Positions 27,586 through 36,758 of a stretch of DNA of 64,000 nucleotides are shown here, piece after piece. The stretch is from positions 587-64,586 of the forward strand of contig CAZUMS010000011.1 in assembly GCA_964621525.1 (NCBI GenBank), in the 5' to 3' direction. How positions within the stretch are numbered: the stretch's first letter is position 1; each line of letters begins with the position of its first letter. Source of the DNA: an uncultured bacterium (lineage in GTDB: Bacteria; JAGRBM01; JAHCIT01). The translations under genes were made by a program, and so were the position numbers. Below the pieces are notes generated by a model. It was not told the origin of the DNA. It saw only the letters and a program-made list of their open reading frames with translations, and ran no database searches.

Positions 27586-29421
27586 TTATTCTCCGGTCTT
27601 GTCCGTACCGGCGGAAGGCTCCGCCTCTGCGTGCGAAACCGCAGGTTCCGGTGCCTCCGGCCTCACCTGCAGCAGCGGAATTTCATCACCAGGTTTTGCC
27701 GGAACCGCGGGTGCGTCGTCCGTCGGCTCGTCAATCCACGGTGCGTTCGGAATCCGTTCGCGCCGCCGCTTTTTGCGGCGGCCCTGCTGCTGGCCGTTCG
27801 CCGGCTGGCCTCCGGGCTGGCCCTGTTGCGGCCGTTGCTGCTGCTGAGGCTGCGGTTTGGGCTGCGGTTTGGGCTGCGGTGGCCGCTGCTGCTGGGGCGG
27901 CTTCGGGGGCTCGGGTTTGGGCCGGGGCCGCGGAGCAGGGATCGTCGCCAGCTTCTCGATGGCGGCCTTGAGCCGGTTGATCGCCTCCGGCACTTCCTCG
28001 GGGGCGAGGTCCAGCACCGACACCGCGAAGTGCGTCGACTCGGCGAAATACGGTTCGAACAGCTCGCCCGGCCAGATGGCGACCTTGTGCTCCAGAGCCA
28101 CGTCGGCGAACTGGTGCGTCGGCCGGTTCGAGCGGAGGCGGAACCAGAGATAGTGGCCGCCGCGGGGGGCATGATACTCCACATGCTCCTTGAGCGAACT
28201 CTCGATCCACTGGAGCCAGGCGTCACGCCGCTTGCGCATCGTGACGCGCAGGCGGTCCAGATAGACGTTCCAGCCGTTGTGGTTGATGAGTTTCGCCGCG
28301 ATTTCCTGCGCGATGCGATTCGTACGGATTCCCTGCGCGTCCACGTAACGGACGAGGCGATCCTTGAGGGCGGCCGGCAGGGTCATGGCGGCGACAGGAA
28401 TCGACGGCGAGCCGAGCATCTCGAAGTCGAGAAGGTGCACCCGGAACAGGCCGGGGGGCGGGGGGATCGGCCTGGGAGGCGGCGCGCCGTAATAGATTTC
28501 CCGGAACGGATCGTCCTCGACGAGGACCACGCCCCGGCGGGCACAGATCTCGGCGACTTCCTGACGGCGTTTGTCGAACAGAACCGCATCATCTGGTTCC
28601 CGGTAGGTGGGGTTCAGATAGACAAACCTGACGCCGCCCTGTTGGAGCCGGCGGTCCAGGCCCCGGGGATCGAGACCTTCGTTGTCGGACGGGGCGATCT
28701 CGACGCGGGCATTGGCCGCCTTGAACGCATGGATGGCCCGCGCGCGCGTGAGTTTTTCCACGAGGACCGTCGTGCCGGGGTCGAGGAGAGCCAGCGCCAG
28801 CAGTGTGAGCGAGTGCTGGACACCCGAGGTCACGAACACGTCGTGCTCGGTAGTAGCGACGCCCTCGCGGGTAAGAAACCGGGCGACGCCGTCCCGGAGC
28901 TGGGGCAGGCCGTCGGGCGGGACCGGGCCCATGAGGTCGAGCGGTTTTGGAAGCCCGGAAATGGCTTCCTGCCAGATCGGATCCCGTTCCACTTCCTTGG
29001 GCTGCCGGAGGCCGAGGGGGGCGACGACGCCGTCAACGGCGCGGACTTTTTCGATCCACTGCTGCCACGGATCGCGGCGGGGCGTGGCGCCGCCGGAACT
29101 CAGGGCACGGGCAAACTGGATCTGCTGGGGTTCGCGGGGTGGCAGGGGCTGACCCGGACGGCTGTCACGGTGTCCCTGCTGGTGGGGCCGCCCGTCGCGG
29201 CGTTCACCGCCGCGGCCATCGCCGCCTTCGCGCGGCCCCCGGCGGTCTCGTCGTCCTTCGCGCCGGCCTCCGGGACGGTCGCCGGGCCGGTTGCCCTGGC
29301 GGCCTCCCTGCGGGCCGTTAGGCCGTCCCTCGCGGGGCGGACGGGTTGCTTCGGCTGCGGGTGCCGGGGCGGCGCCGCCTTCCGCCGGGCTCTGCGGCGG
29401 GTTCTGGTTCTCTTCGCTCAT
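27586..29421 (-). CDS. Degenerate class I/II PLP aminotransferase-fold (MocR-like) protein with long low-complexity termini
   Basis: VFVTSGVQHSL, VYLNPTY, VEDDPF, PRGGHYLW, PGELF; catalytic Lys motif absent; R/G-rich N-terminus and P/Q-rich C-terminus. Confidence 0.8.
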   Translation of the reverse strand: MSEENQNPPQSPAEGGAAPAPAAEATRPPREGRPNGPQGGRQGNRPGDRPGGRREGRRDRRGPREGGDGRGGERRDGRPHQQGHRDSRPGQPLPPREPQQIQFARALSSGGATPRRDPWQQWIEKVRAVDGVVAPLGLRQPKEVERDPIWQEAISGLPKPLDLMGPVPPDGLPQLRDGVARFLTREGVATTEHDVFVTSGVQHSLTLLALALLDPGTTVLVEKLTRARAIHAFKAANARVEIAPSDNEGLDPRGLDRRLQQGGVRFVYLNPTYREPDDAVLFDKRRQEVAEICARRGVVLVEDDPFREIYYGAPPPRPIPPPPGLFRVHLLDFEMLGSPSIPVAAMTLPAALKDRLVRYVDAQGIRTNRIAQEIAAKLINHNGWNVYLDRLRVTMRKRRDAWLQWIESSLKEHVEYHAPRGGHYLWFRLRSNRPTHQFADVALEHKVAIWPGELFEPYFAESTHFAVSVLDLAPEEVPEAINRLKAAIEKLATIPAPRPRPKPEPPKPPQQQRPPQPKPQPKPQPQQQQRPQQGQPGGQPANGQQQGRRKKRRRERIPNAPWIDEPTDDAPAVPAKPGDEIPLLQVRPEAPEPAVSHAEAEPSAGTDKTGE

Positions 29422-29455
29422 AGGAGGACTTCCGTAACTGAAATGTGCCGCTGTG

Positions 29456-29947
29456 TCACTTCTTCGTGAACGGATTCGGAGGGTATGGGTCTGCAACCGT
29501 TTTGGGGCGCCGGGGGAGCAGCACTTTGCGGCGGAGCACCAGCACCTTCTCCGATTTCTGGTTCCAGGCGCGGGTTTCGACGTAGATCACACCCCGGTCG
29601 TCTTTGGTTGTGGACGGGGTAACGTCGAGGATCTCCGACTCGGCATAGATCGTATCGCCGTGGAAGGTCGGACCCACGTGCTTCACCGTCTCGTATTCGA
29701 GATTGGCGATGCAGATCTCCGAGACGTCCTTCACACTCATGCCGACGACGATGGAGAACACCAGCGTCCCGTTCACGAGGCACTGCTTGTGCTGCGACTT
29801 CGACCCCCAGTAGGCGTCGAAGTGAAGCGGGTTCGTGTTCATCGTGAGCAGAGTGAACCAGGTGTCGTCCGCCTCCGAAATCGTGCGGCCCGGCCAGTGC
29901 CGGATCACCTCGCCCTTCGTGAAATCCTCGAAATACTTCTGGGCCAT
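29456..29947 (-). CDS. MaoC-family dehydratase
   Basis: YFEDF, GRTISEAD, NTNPLHFD, LVNG, PTFHGDTIYAES. Confidence 0.92.
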   Translation of the reverse strand: MAQKYFEDFTKGEVIRHWPGRTISEADDTWFTLLTMNTNPLHFDAYWGSKSQHKQCLVNGTLVFSIVVGMSVKDVSEICIANLEYETVKHVGPTFHGDTIYAESEILDVTPSTTKDDRGVIYVETRAWNQKSEKVLVLRRKVLLPRRPKTVADPYPPNPFTKK

Positions 29948-29968
29948 CGGCCTTTACTCCTGCTCCGG

Positions 29969-31144
29969 TCAGTCGATCGAATAGCGCTTCTTGATCTGTT
30001 TCGCGATCACGGTCTGGAGGATCTCGTTCGCTCCCTCGCCCACGGTCATGAGCGGGGCGTCCCGGTAGTAGCGTTCCACGTCGAACTCCACCGTGTAGCC
30101 GTAACCGCCGTGGAGCTGGATGCCCTCGAACGAATGCCGGGCGCAGGCCTGCGAGGCGAACAGCTTGGCCATTCCGCTTTCCAGGTCGCACCGCTGGCCG
30201 TGGTCCTTCTTCTTCGCTGCATCAAGCGTCAGGAGCCGGGCGGCCTGAAGGTCCGTGTGCATATAGGCGAGCTTCTGCTGGATGAGCTGGTGCTCGATAA
30301 TGGGCTTGCCGAACGTCACCCGTTCCTGGGCGTATTTCGCGCAGTCTTCGAAGATCGCCCGCAGGACGCCGACGGCACGGGCCGCCACATTGATGCGGCC
30401 CGTCTCGAGGCCGTCCATCACCTGATAGAATCCTTTCCCTTCCTCGCCGCCGACCAGGTTGGCCGCCGGGATCCGGACGTTTTCGAAGTTCAGCTCGCAG
30501 GTCTCGATGCCCTTGTAGCCCAGCTTCTTGAGGTTCCGGCTCACGCTGAAGCCGGGGTCGCCCTTCTCGAAGATGAAGCCGCTGATTCCCTTGAAGGCGG
30601 GATTGGTATTCATGTCGGTCTTGGCCAGCAGGAAGTAGCAGTTTCCGTAGCTGCCGTTCGTGATCCACATTTTCGTGCCGTTGACGACGTAGTGATCGCC
30701 TTTCCTGTCTGCACGGGTGCGGAGGCCGGCCACGTCCGAGCCGCCCTGGGCTTCCGAGAGTGCAAGGCCGCCGCGCAGCTCGCCGGTGGCGAACTTCGGG
30801 AGGAACCTCTTCTTCTGGTCCGGCGTGCCATAGGTCTTTACGGCGTAGGCCATGATGAGGTGCGTGTTGATGAACCCGGACAGGGACATCCACACCCGGG
30901 AGAGTTCCTCGTTGATGAGGGCGTAGGTGTAGTAGTCGAGGCCGAGACCGCCGTACTCCTGCGGAATCGTCGCTCCGAACAGGCCGAGGTCTTTCAGCCC
31001 CTGAACGAATTCCGCCGGGTACTCGTCCGCGTGCTCGTAAAGCTGGACCTTCGGCTTGACGTCCTTCTCCAGCCATTTGCGGATCGTTTCGATCAGCACC
31101 CGCTGATCGTCGTTCATGAGCGTTTCGTCGATGGCGCGAAGCAT
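29969..31144 (-). CDS. Acyl-CoA dehydrogenase
   Basis: ALSEAQGGSDV, NGTKMWITNG, FGKPI, HGGYGY, GEGANEI. Confidence 0.95.
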   Translation of the reverse strand: MLRAIDETLMNDDQRVLIETIRKWLEKDVKPKVQLYEHADEYPAEFVQGLKDLGLFGATIPQEYGGLGLDYYTYALINEELSRVWMSLSGFINTHLIMAYAVKTYGTPDQKKRFLPKFATGELRGGLALSEAQGGSDVAGLRTRADRKGDHYVVNGTKMWITNGSYGNCYFLLAKTDMNTNPAFKGISGFIFEKGDPGFSVSRNLKKLGYKGIETCELNFENVRIPAANLVGGEEGKGFYQVMDGLETGRINVAARAVGVLRAIFEDCAKYAQERVTFGKPIIEHQLIQQKLAYMHTDLQAARLLTLDAAKKKDHGQRCDLESGMAKLFASQACARHSFEGIQLHGGYGYTVEFDVERYYRDAPLMTVGEGANEILQTVIAKQIKKRYSID

Positions 31145-31223
31145 CTTGAAAGGTCCCTCTTGCAGCCCGGTCAGCCGGGGACGGGGACACTAGGACCGGA
31201 CGGGCGGGAGGGCAATACGGCAC

Positions 31224-32546
31224 TCAGGCGAACACCAGTTCCACCTTGATGCCGAGCTCGTCGGCCCGTTTTTTGAACCTCGGGGCATTGGAGATGAGGA
31301 AGGCGAACACGTCGAAGTTGGGATCGAACATCTTCGACATGCCCTCGAAGGTGGCGTAGGCGACCGAGATCATCGTGGCGTCGGAATCGAACGGCATTTT
31401 CCATTTAAAGGCGAGCTGGAACGTCTTCATCATCATTTCGCCGAATTCGATCTCGGAATGCGACTTGCCGCGCATGAGGTCCAGTACCCCGTCGATATCC
31501 CTGATAAACAGCTCGAATTCATCGTCCGTGCCGGGGAATCCGTAGGCTTCATCCAGAGCGTCGGCCATCTTGCGGGCATTAAGGCCCCAGAGGGCGAAGT
31601 TCACCTTGTAGTGGGACAGGAGATAGGTGGGCTTGATGGCTGTCGTGAGGCCGAGGTCGATCATCACCACATCGCCGTTCGGCAGAAACCACATGTTGCC
31701 GGGATGCATGTCGGAGTGGATGAACAGGTCCTCGAAGGCCATCTTGATGTAAACCTCGAAGAGCCGTTTCGCCATATCAGCACGGGAGAGGGTAAGCGCA
31801 CCGTCCTTCGTGGCCTCCTCGATCCGGTGGCCCCTGACGAATTCCATCGTGAGCACTTCCTCGCCGCAGAAACCTTCGTAGAGTTTCGGAATCTTCATGT
31901 AGGGCACATTGGCAAAGTTCTTCTGGAACCGGCGGTTGTTGTCTGCCTCGGTGCGCAGGTCCGTCTGGGCCCGGATCGCCGCCCCGAACTCCGCCACCTG
32001 CTTTCCCGCCTGGGCCAGCGTGATGACCGGCAGCCGGTCCAGAACCCAGGCGAAGGCGGCCGCTATGGCGAGGTCGCGGTCCACCTGCTCCCGGATATTG
32101 GGGCGGAGTACCTTCACGGCCACTTCCTCGCCGGTTTTGAGCCGTGCCCGGTGGACCTGGGCGACGCTGGCGGCCGCCACCGGTACTGGGTCGAACTCCG
32201 AATAGATGTCGGAAATCTTGCGGCCAAAGCTCCGCTGGACCGCTTCCTCGACCCTGCTGAAAGGGAACGGCGGTACCCGGTCCTGCAGATGCTTCAGTTC
32301 CGAGACAAGATCCGCGGGCAGGAGATCCGGCCGGGACGAGAGGATCTGGCCGAGCTTGATGAAAGTGGCGCCCATCCGCTGAAGGAGCTGCCGGACAGCC
32401 TTGTAGATCTTCCGGTTCCGCCAGGTCTCCCGTTCGGCCTTGCTCTTTCCGCCCATGAACCAGGCGGCGACATAATAGGAAAGGATCTGAACGGTGGAGA
32501 GCGACGCCTCCAGAAACAACCGGAAGGCGTTAAGAACGGTACGCAT
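31224..32546 (-). CDS. AarF/UbiB/ABC1 atypical kinase family protein
   Basis: GATFIKLGQILSSRPD, AAASVAQVH, VAVKVLRP, HSDMHPGN, DLG. Confidence 0.93.
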   Translation of the reverse strand: MRTVLNAFRLFLEASLSTVQILSYYVAAWFMGGKSKAERETWRNRKIYKAVRQLLQRMGATFIKLGQILSSRPDLLPADLVSELKHLQDRVPPFPFSRVEEAVQRSFGRKISDIYSEFDPVPVAAASVAQVHRARLKTGEEVAVKVLRPNIREQVDRDLAIAAAFAWVLDRLPVITLAQAGKQVAEFGAAIRAQTDLRTEADNNRRFQKNFANVPYMKIPKLYEGFCGEEVLTMEFVRGHRIEEATKDGALTLSRADMAKRLFEVYIKMAFEDLFIHSDMHPGNMWFLPNGDVVMIDLGLTTAIKPTYLLSHYKVNFALWGLNARKMADALDEAYGFPGTDDEFELFIRDIDGVLDLMRGKSHSEIEFGEMMMKTFQLAFKWKMPFDSDATMISVAYATFEGMSKMFDPNFDVFAFLISNAPRFKKRADELGIKVELVFA

Positions 32547-32690
32547 CGGATGGGAGAACCTCGGCCGGGACTAATACGCCGTTATAGCGGGACTGGCAAC
32601 AGCACCACCCCCTTGAACCGGACGGTTTCTGGCGTTCAGGATGCGCGCGCCGCCGGTTGACCGGCGAGTCAACATTTCAGGAGCTGCCTC

Positions 32691-33551
32691 ATGGCCGGAT
32701 CGGTCCAGAAAATTCTCAAGTCCGGGAAATCCCTTGTACTGCCGGGGGTCTATGACGCGCTCTCGGCCCGGCTCGCCGAGCGCGCCGGTTTCGAAGCCGC
32801 TTTCGTCAGCGGGTATTCGCTTTCGGCCGCCAACCTGGGCGAACCCGATTTCGGATTTATCGGTCATGCGGAGATCGTCGATGCAGCCCGCCGGATCTGC
32901 GGCGCGGTGAAGATTCCGGTCATCGTCGATATCGACACTGGTTATGGCAACGCGTTCAACGTGGAGAAGGTCGTGAATGACCTTATCCACGTGGGAGCCG
33001 CCGGTTGCTTTCTCGAGGACCAGGTATGGCCCAAGCGCTGTGGCCACATGGAAGGCAAGCGGGTGATTCCCCTCGAGGAATATCTGCCGAAGCTCCGGGC
33101 GGCGGTCGAAACGCGGGGCAATCGGCCCTTTTTCATCACCGCTCGCACCGATGCCCGGGCGGCAGTCGACCTCGACGAGGCAGTTCGCCGGGGCAAGGCG
33201 TTCGCGAAGGCGGGTGCCGACGCCGTGTTTATCGAAGCGCCCCAGTCGGAAGCCGAGATGAAGCGAATCCGAAAGGAACTGCCCGCGAGTGTGCCGCTCG
33301 TCGCCAACATGGTTGAAAACGGCAAGACACCGCTCCGGAAGTTCTCCGAACTGAAGAAGATGGGTTTCTCCGTCGTTGTCTGCCCGGTCACGGGACTCCT
33401 TGCAGCCGCGAAGGCGATGGAAGGGGCTTACGCGACCCTGAAGCGCGACGAGGTATCCACGAAGTTCCAGAAGAACATGTTCAGGTTTCAGGAGATGAAC
33501 GATCTGACCGGCCTGCCCGAGCGGTACCGCCGGGAGAAGGAGTGGCTGTGA
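32691..33551 (+). CDS. Isocitrate lyase/PEP mutase family (methylisocitrate lyase-like)
   Basis: YDALSA, DIDTGYGN, EDQVWPKRCGHM, ARTDA, ANMVENGKTP. Confidence 0.9.
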   Translation: MAGSVQKILKSGKSLVLPGVYDALSARLAERAGFEAAFVSGYSLSAANLGEPDFGFIGHAEIVDAARRICGAVKIPVIVDIDTGYGNAFNVEKVVNDLIHVGAAGCFLEDQVWPKRCGHMEGKRVIPLEEYLPKLRAAVETRGNRPFFITARTDARAAVDLDEAVRRGKAFAKAGADAVFIEAPQSEAEMKRIRKELPASVPLVANMVENGKTPLRKFSELKKMGFSVVVCPVTGLLAAAKAMEGAYATLKRDEVSTKFQKNMFRFQEMNDLTGLPERYRREKEWL

Positions 33552-34363
33552 GCTTCGCCCGGATCGAACGGCCACGGCCGCACATCGCCGTACTCCTCAT
33601 GGACCGGCCGGACCGGTACAATGCCCTGTCGTACGCCATGCTCCGGGACCTCCATACGGCGCTCGACGAACTCATGGGCGACCTGAAAAGCCGCGTCGTG
33701 ATCCTGACCGGCGCGGGCAAGGGGTTTTGCGCAGGGGCGGACCTCAAGGCCGGTGCCACCGGCGAAAACGGCGTCTGGGAGAAAGACCTCGGCAACATCC
33801 AGGAAAAATTCCGGATGCAGCAGGCCTATGGCGACCTGATCGTGAAGTTCCGGCGGATCCCGCAGCCGGTGATTGCCGCCGTGAACGGCCCCGCTGCTGG
33901 CGGCGGGTTTTCCGTTGCGCTCGCCTGCGACATGCGGATCTGCACGCCGAACACGAAGTTCAACTGCGCCTATACGCGTCTCGGTATCGGCGGCGCCGAG
34001 ATGGGGTCGAGCTACTTCCTGCCGAAGCTGGTGGGGCCTGCGCTCGCGGCCGAGCTCATGTACACGGGCCGGTTTGTGGAGGCGGACGAGGCGCTCCGGA
34101 CGGGAATCGTGAGCCGGGTGGTCGAAAGCGAAAAGCTCATGGACGCAGCGATCGATATTGCCGGCGAAATGGTGAAGCATGCGAGTCCATTCGGTCTCCG
34201 GATCACCAAAGAGGCGATCAATCTCGTGCAGGGCGGCCTGTCTCTGGAAGAAGCGGTTCATCTCGAGAACCGTAATCAGGTGCTCGCACTCCAGACGCAG
34301 GATTTTATGCAGGCGACTGCCGCCTGGCTCCAGAAGAAGCTCCCAGAGTTCAAGGACCGTTAA
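33542..34363 (+). CDS. Enoyl-CoA hydratase/isomerase family
   Basis: FCAGADL, IAAVNGPAAGGG, AEMGSSY, AEEA-like VEADEAL. Confidence 0.92.
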   Translation: MAVSFARIERPRPHIAVLLMDRPDRYNALSYAMLRDLHTALDELMGDLKSRVVILTGAGKGFCAGADLKAGATGENGVWEKDLGNIQEKFRMQQAYGDLIVKFRRIPQPVIAAVNGPAAGGGFSVALACDMRICTPNTKFNCAYTRLGIGGAEMGSSYFLPKLVGPALAAELMYTGRFVEADEALRTGIVSRVVESEKLMDAAIDIAGEMVKHASPFGLRITKEAINLVQGGLSLEEAVHLENRNQVLALQTQDFMQATAAWLQKKLPEFKDR

Positions 34364-34364
34364 G

Positions 34365-35129
34365 ATGAAGAGAAATCCTTTTGACCTTTCCGGGAAAACT
34401 GCTGTTGTTACCGGCGCCAGCAGCGGTCTCGGCCGCGCCATGGCCATTGCTTACGGCGAAGCCGGAGCCTCTGTGGTGCTCGCTGCCCGGCGAAAGGAAG
34501 CACTGGAAGAGACTGCTAAGGCCGTCCGCGGGGCAGGGGCCGAGGCCCTCCTGGTGATCGCGGATCTGGCGACGCCCGAGGGTAACGACAAGCTCGCCGC
34601 CGAAGCGCTTGGCTGGAAGGGCGGGGTCGATGTGCTGGTGAACAATGCGGGGGCAACGCTGCCCACGCAGTTCCTGGACTCGACGGATGAGGCGTGGCTG
34701 AAACTCTTCAATATCAATCTGTTCGGCATCGTCCGGCTGACGCGGGCCGTCGGCAAGTCCATGGCGGAGAAGAAAAAGGGTTCGGTCATCATGGTCGGCA
34801 GCGTTCTTGGGCGCACAGCCATGAGCAATACGGTCCCCTATTCGGTCAGCAAGGGTGCCATCGAGCAGCTCACCCGGGCACTCGGCGTGGAATGGGCGAA
34901 ATATAATGTCCGGGTAAACCTGATTGCGCCGGGGTACTTCGAGACGGAGATGACGGAATCAGCCCAGGAGCCCGGAAAGACCTACGACTACATCGTGAAG
35001 CGAACGCCTATGCGCCGGTTCGGCAAGGCGGAGGAAATCGTTAGCGCTGCGCTCTATCTGGCCAGTGACGCTTCGAGCTACACGACCGGCTCCATCGTCC
35101 ATGTGGACGGAGGCTGGGCGGCGGGCTGA
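34365..35129 (+). CDS. SDR-family oxidoreductase
   Basis: TGASSGLG, NNAG, YSVSK, PGYFET, DGG; start at ATG 34365. Confidence 0.93.
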   Translation: MKRNPFDLSGKTAVVTGASSGLGRAMAIAYGEAGASVVLAARRKEALEETAKAVRGAGAEALLVIADLATPEGNDKLAAEALGWKGGVDVLVNNAGATLPTQFLDSTDEAWLKLFNINLFGIVRLTRAVGKSMAEKKKGSVIMVGSVLGRTAMSNTVPYSVSKGAIEQLTRALGVEWAKYNVRVNLIAPGYFETEMTESAQEPGKTYDYIVKRTPMRRFGKAEEIVSAALYLASDASSYTTGSIVHVDGGWAAG

Positions 35130-35135
35130 GGCCGT

Positions 35136-35765
35136 TCAGACTTTCCGGCTGAAGTTCTTGAGATTCGCCGGCTGGGCGAACCGGAGCATCCGGAAGCAGA
35201 CCTTGAGGTCCACTTCTTCCGGGTCCAGCTGCCACTGAAGGAAGATCCCGTCGTAGACGGCGAGCATGAGCGTCGCTACCTGCCGGGCGGTCTCGGGCAG
35301 GAGCCCCGGAAGCTCCTGCGTCATCTCCCGGACGATGGCCTCGCGATACCGGCGATAGATGCCCCTTAGCCGGTCGCGGACCCGGCTGTCCTCGCCGGAC
35401 CGTTCCATGGCGAGCTGGTGGATCACCCGGAGCGTTTCCGGCGAATCGATCATCTGCTTCTCGACAGAGTTGAGGAAAATCTCGAACCGCTCCTCGATGC
35501 TCCTGCCGTTCCGGATTTCAGCGAGGACCCTGTCCACGTAGGTCGCCGTACTCTCCTCGATGACGGCCAGCAGGATGTCGTCCTTGCCGCCCTTGAAATG
35601 CCAGTAAATGGAAGAGGGAGATGCCTTCGCCGATTCGGCGATTTCGTCCACTGAAGTGGCCGAATAGCCCTTGCGGGAAAAAAGCTGTTCGGCGGCCGCC
35701 AGCACCCGTTCTCTCGATCCGAGCACCGGCTTGTTCCGCCGGGTCCGGGTGCCGATCCGGTTCAC
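35136..35765 (-). CDS. TetR/AcrR-family regulator
   Basis: AAEQLFSRKGYSATSVDEIAESAKASPSSIYWHF. Confidence 0.93.
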   Translation of the reverse strand: MNRIGTRTRRNKPVLGSRERVLAAAEQLFSRKGYSATSVDEIAESAKASPSSIYWHFKGGKDDILLAVIEESTATYVDRVLAEIRNGRSIEERFEIFLNSVEKQMIDSPETLRVIHQLAMERSGEDSRVRDRLRGIYRRYREAIVREMTQELPGLLPETARQVATLMLAVYDGIFLQWQLDPEEVDLKVCFRMLRFAQPANLKNFSRKV

Positions 35766-36631
35766 GCCGCGCTGCCTGCCATCCGGCGGTTGTAGGCCAT
35801 GATGGACTTCTGCATGTTCACGCCCATGCGGTACTGGGGGAGGTTCATGGCATGCGGGGCCCGTTCGGGAACTGCCTGCACGCGGTTCCAGTACTTTTCC
35901 TGCCGGGCGGGATCGACCATCCGGCGGGCCATGGTCATGGCGTGGCGGAAGGCCGTCGTGAACCCCAGCGGGACGAAGACCATACCGCCGAGCAGCCGTC
36001 CGCCGGAGCGGGCGATCTGGAGCGCCGCCGCCGGAAGATCGACCTTTCCGCCGGGGTTTCGGGCCTCGATCTCGAGGCCGCGGCGTTCCAGCAGCCAGTA
36101 GTCCATGGCCAGGTGGCGGGACTCGTCGATGTCGATCCGGCGGAACACTTCCGCCTGCAGCGGATCTGAAATCATGGTCTTCAGCGCCGGAATCAGGATC
36201 GCGTCGAGGCCGATCTCGAACAGAATGATCTGGGCACTTGTGAATTCGTAGAGCATCTGCGTCGGCTTCTCGAAGTTGCCTCGCAGGTAGCGGAACATGA
36301 GCCGGGTTTCGAGGGGCAGATCCTTCCAGCCCACACCGTACCGCTTCGCCATGAGCATCTCGGCGTCGGCGTGACGGGTTTCGTCGAGCTCGAACAGCCG
36401 GTAGATCTCCTTCGCCCGCGGGTCGTCCACGTACTTCGCGCAGAGGGCGAAAATCTTCGCCGCCTGGCGTTCCAGGCCGGCGGTGAAGACGATCATGAGC
36501 GCGGCGTCGCGCAGTTCACGCTCGGACAGGCCTTCGATTCCCTTCAGCGGCTGGTTCCAGTCGAAGTCGTCCACGGACCACTGGCCTTTGCGGGTGGCTT
36601 CGAGAACATGGTCGAGATCGATATCGGGCAT
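35762..36631 (-). CDS. Ferritin-like di-iron carboxylate protein (AurF/desaturase-like)
   Basis: Two E...DExRH motifs (GLERQA/DETRHA; LFEIG/DESRHL); GAGGAG SD before ATG 36631. Confidence 0.8.
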   Translation of the reverse strand: MPDIDLDHVLEATRKGQWSVDDFDWNQPLKGIEGLSERELRDAALMIVFTAGLERQAAKIFALCAKYVDDPRAKEIYRLFELDETRHADAEMLMAKRYGVGWKDLPLETRLMFRYLRGNFEKPTQMLYEFTSAQIILFEIGLDAILIPALKTMISDPLQAEVFRRIDIDESRHLAMDYWLLERRGLEIEARNPGGKVDLPAAALQIARSGGRLLGGMVFVPLGFTTAFRHAMTMARRMVDPARQEKYWNRVQAVPERAPHAMNLPQYRMGVNMQKSIMAYNRRMAGSAA

Positions 36632-36676
36632 GGCAGGACTCCTCGGATTGGGTGAGCGGATCGCGATCATCCATCG

Positions 36677-36716
36677 CTGGAACGCTCGTTCCAGAAAAGT
36701 GTAACGATCGTTCCAG
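36677..36716. promoter_or_regulatory. Twin palindromic operator, probably for the downstream TetR
   Basis: Perfect dyad CTGGAACG-CT-CGTTCCAG (36677-36694) and near copy GTGTAACGATCGTTCCAG (36699-36716). Confidence 0.7.
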
Positions 36717-36726
36717 ATGCATGCAA
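36698..36726 (-). promoter_or_regulatory. Sigma70-type promoter of the ferritin-like/TetR operon
   Basis: TTGCAT, 17-bp spacer, TACACT on the minus strand. Confidence 0.65.
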
Positions 36727-36758
36727 CTGCAAAGTCATAAACTATTGTAATTATTAAG

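Noticed and set aside
27840-27900. 12-bp tandem repeat GGCTGCGGTTTG
   Set aside because: It simply encodes the PQPK repeats of the low-complexity protein tail.
29453-31249. 598-aa plus-strand ORF
   Set aside because: Antisense shadow of the acyl-CoA dehydrogenase and MaoC genes; long shadow ORFs are expected at high GC3.
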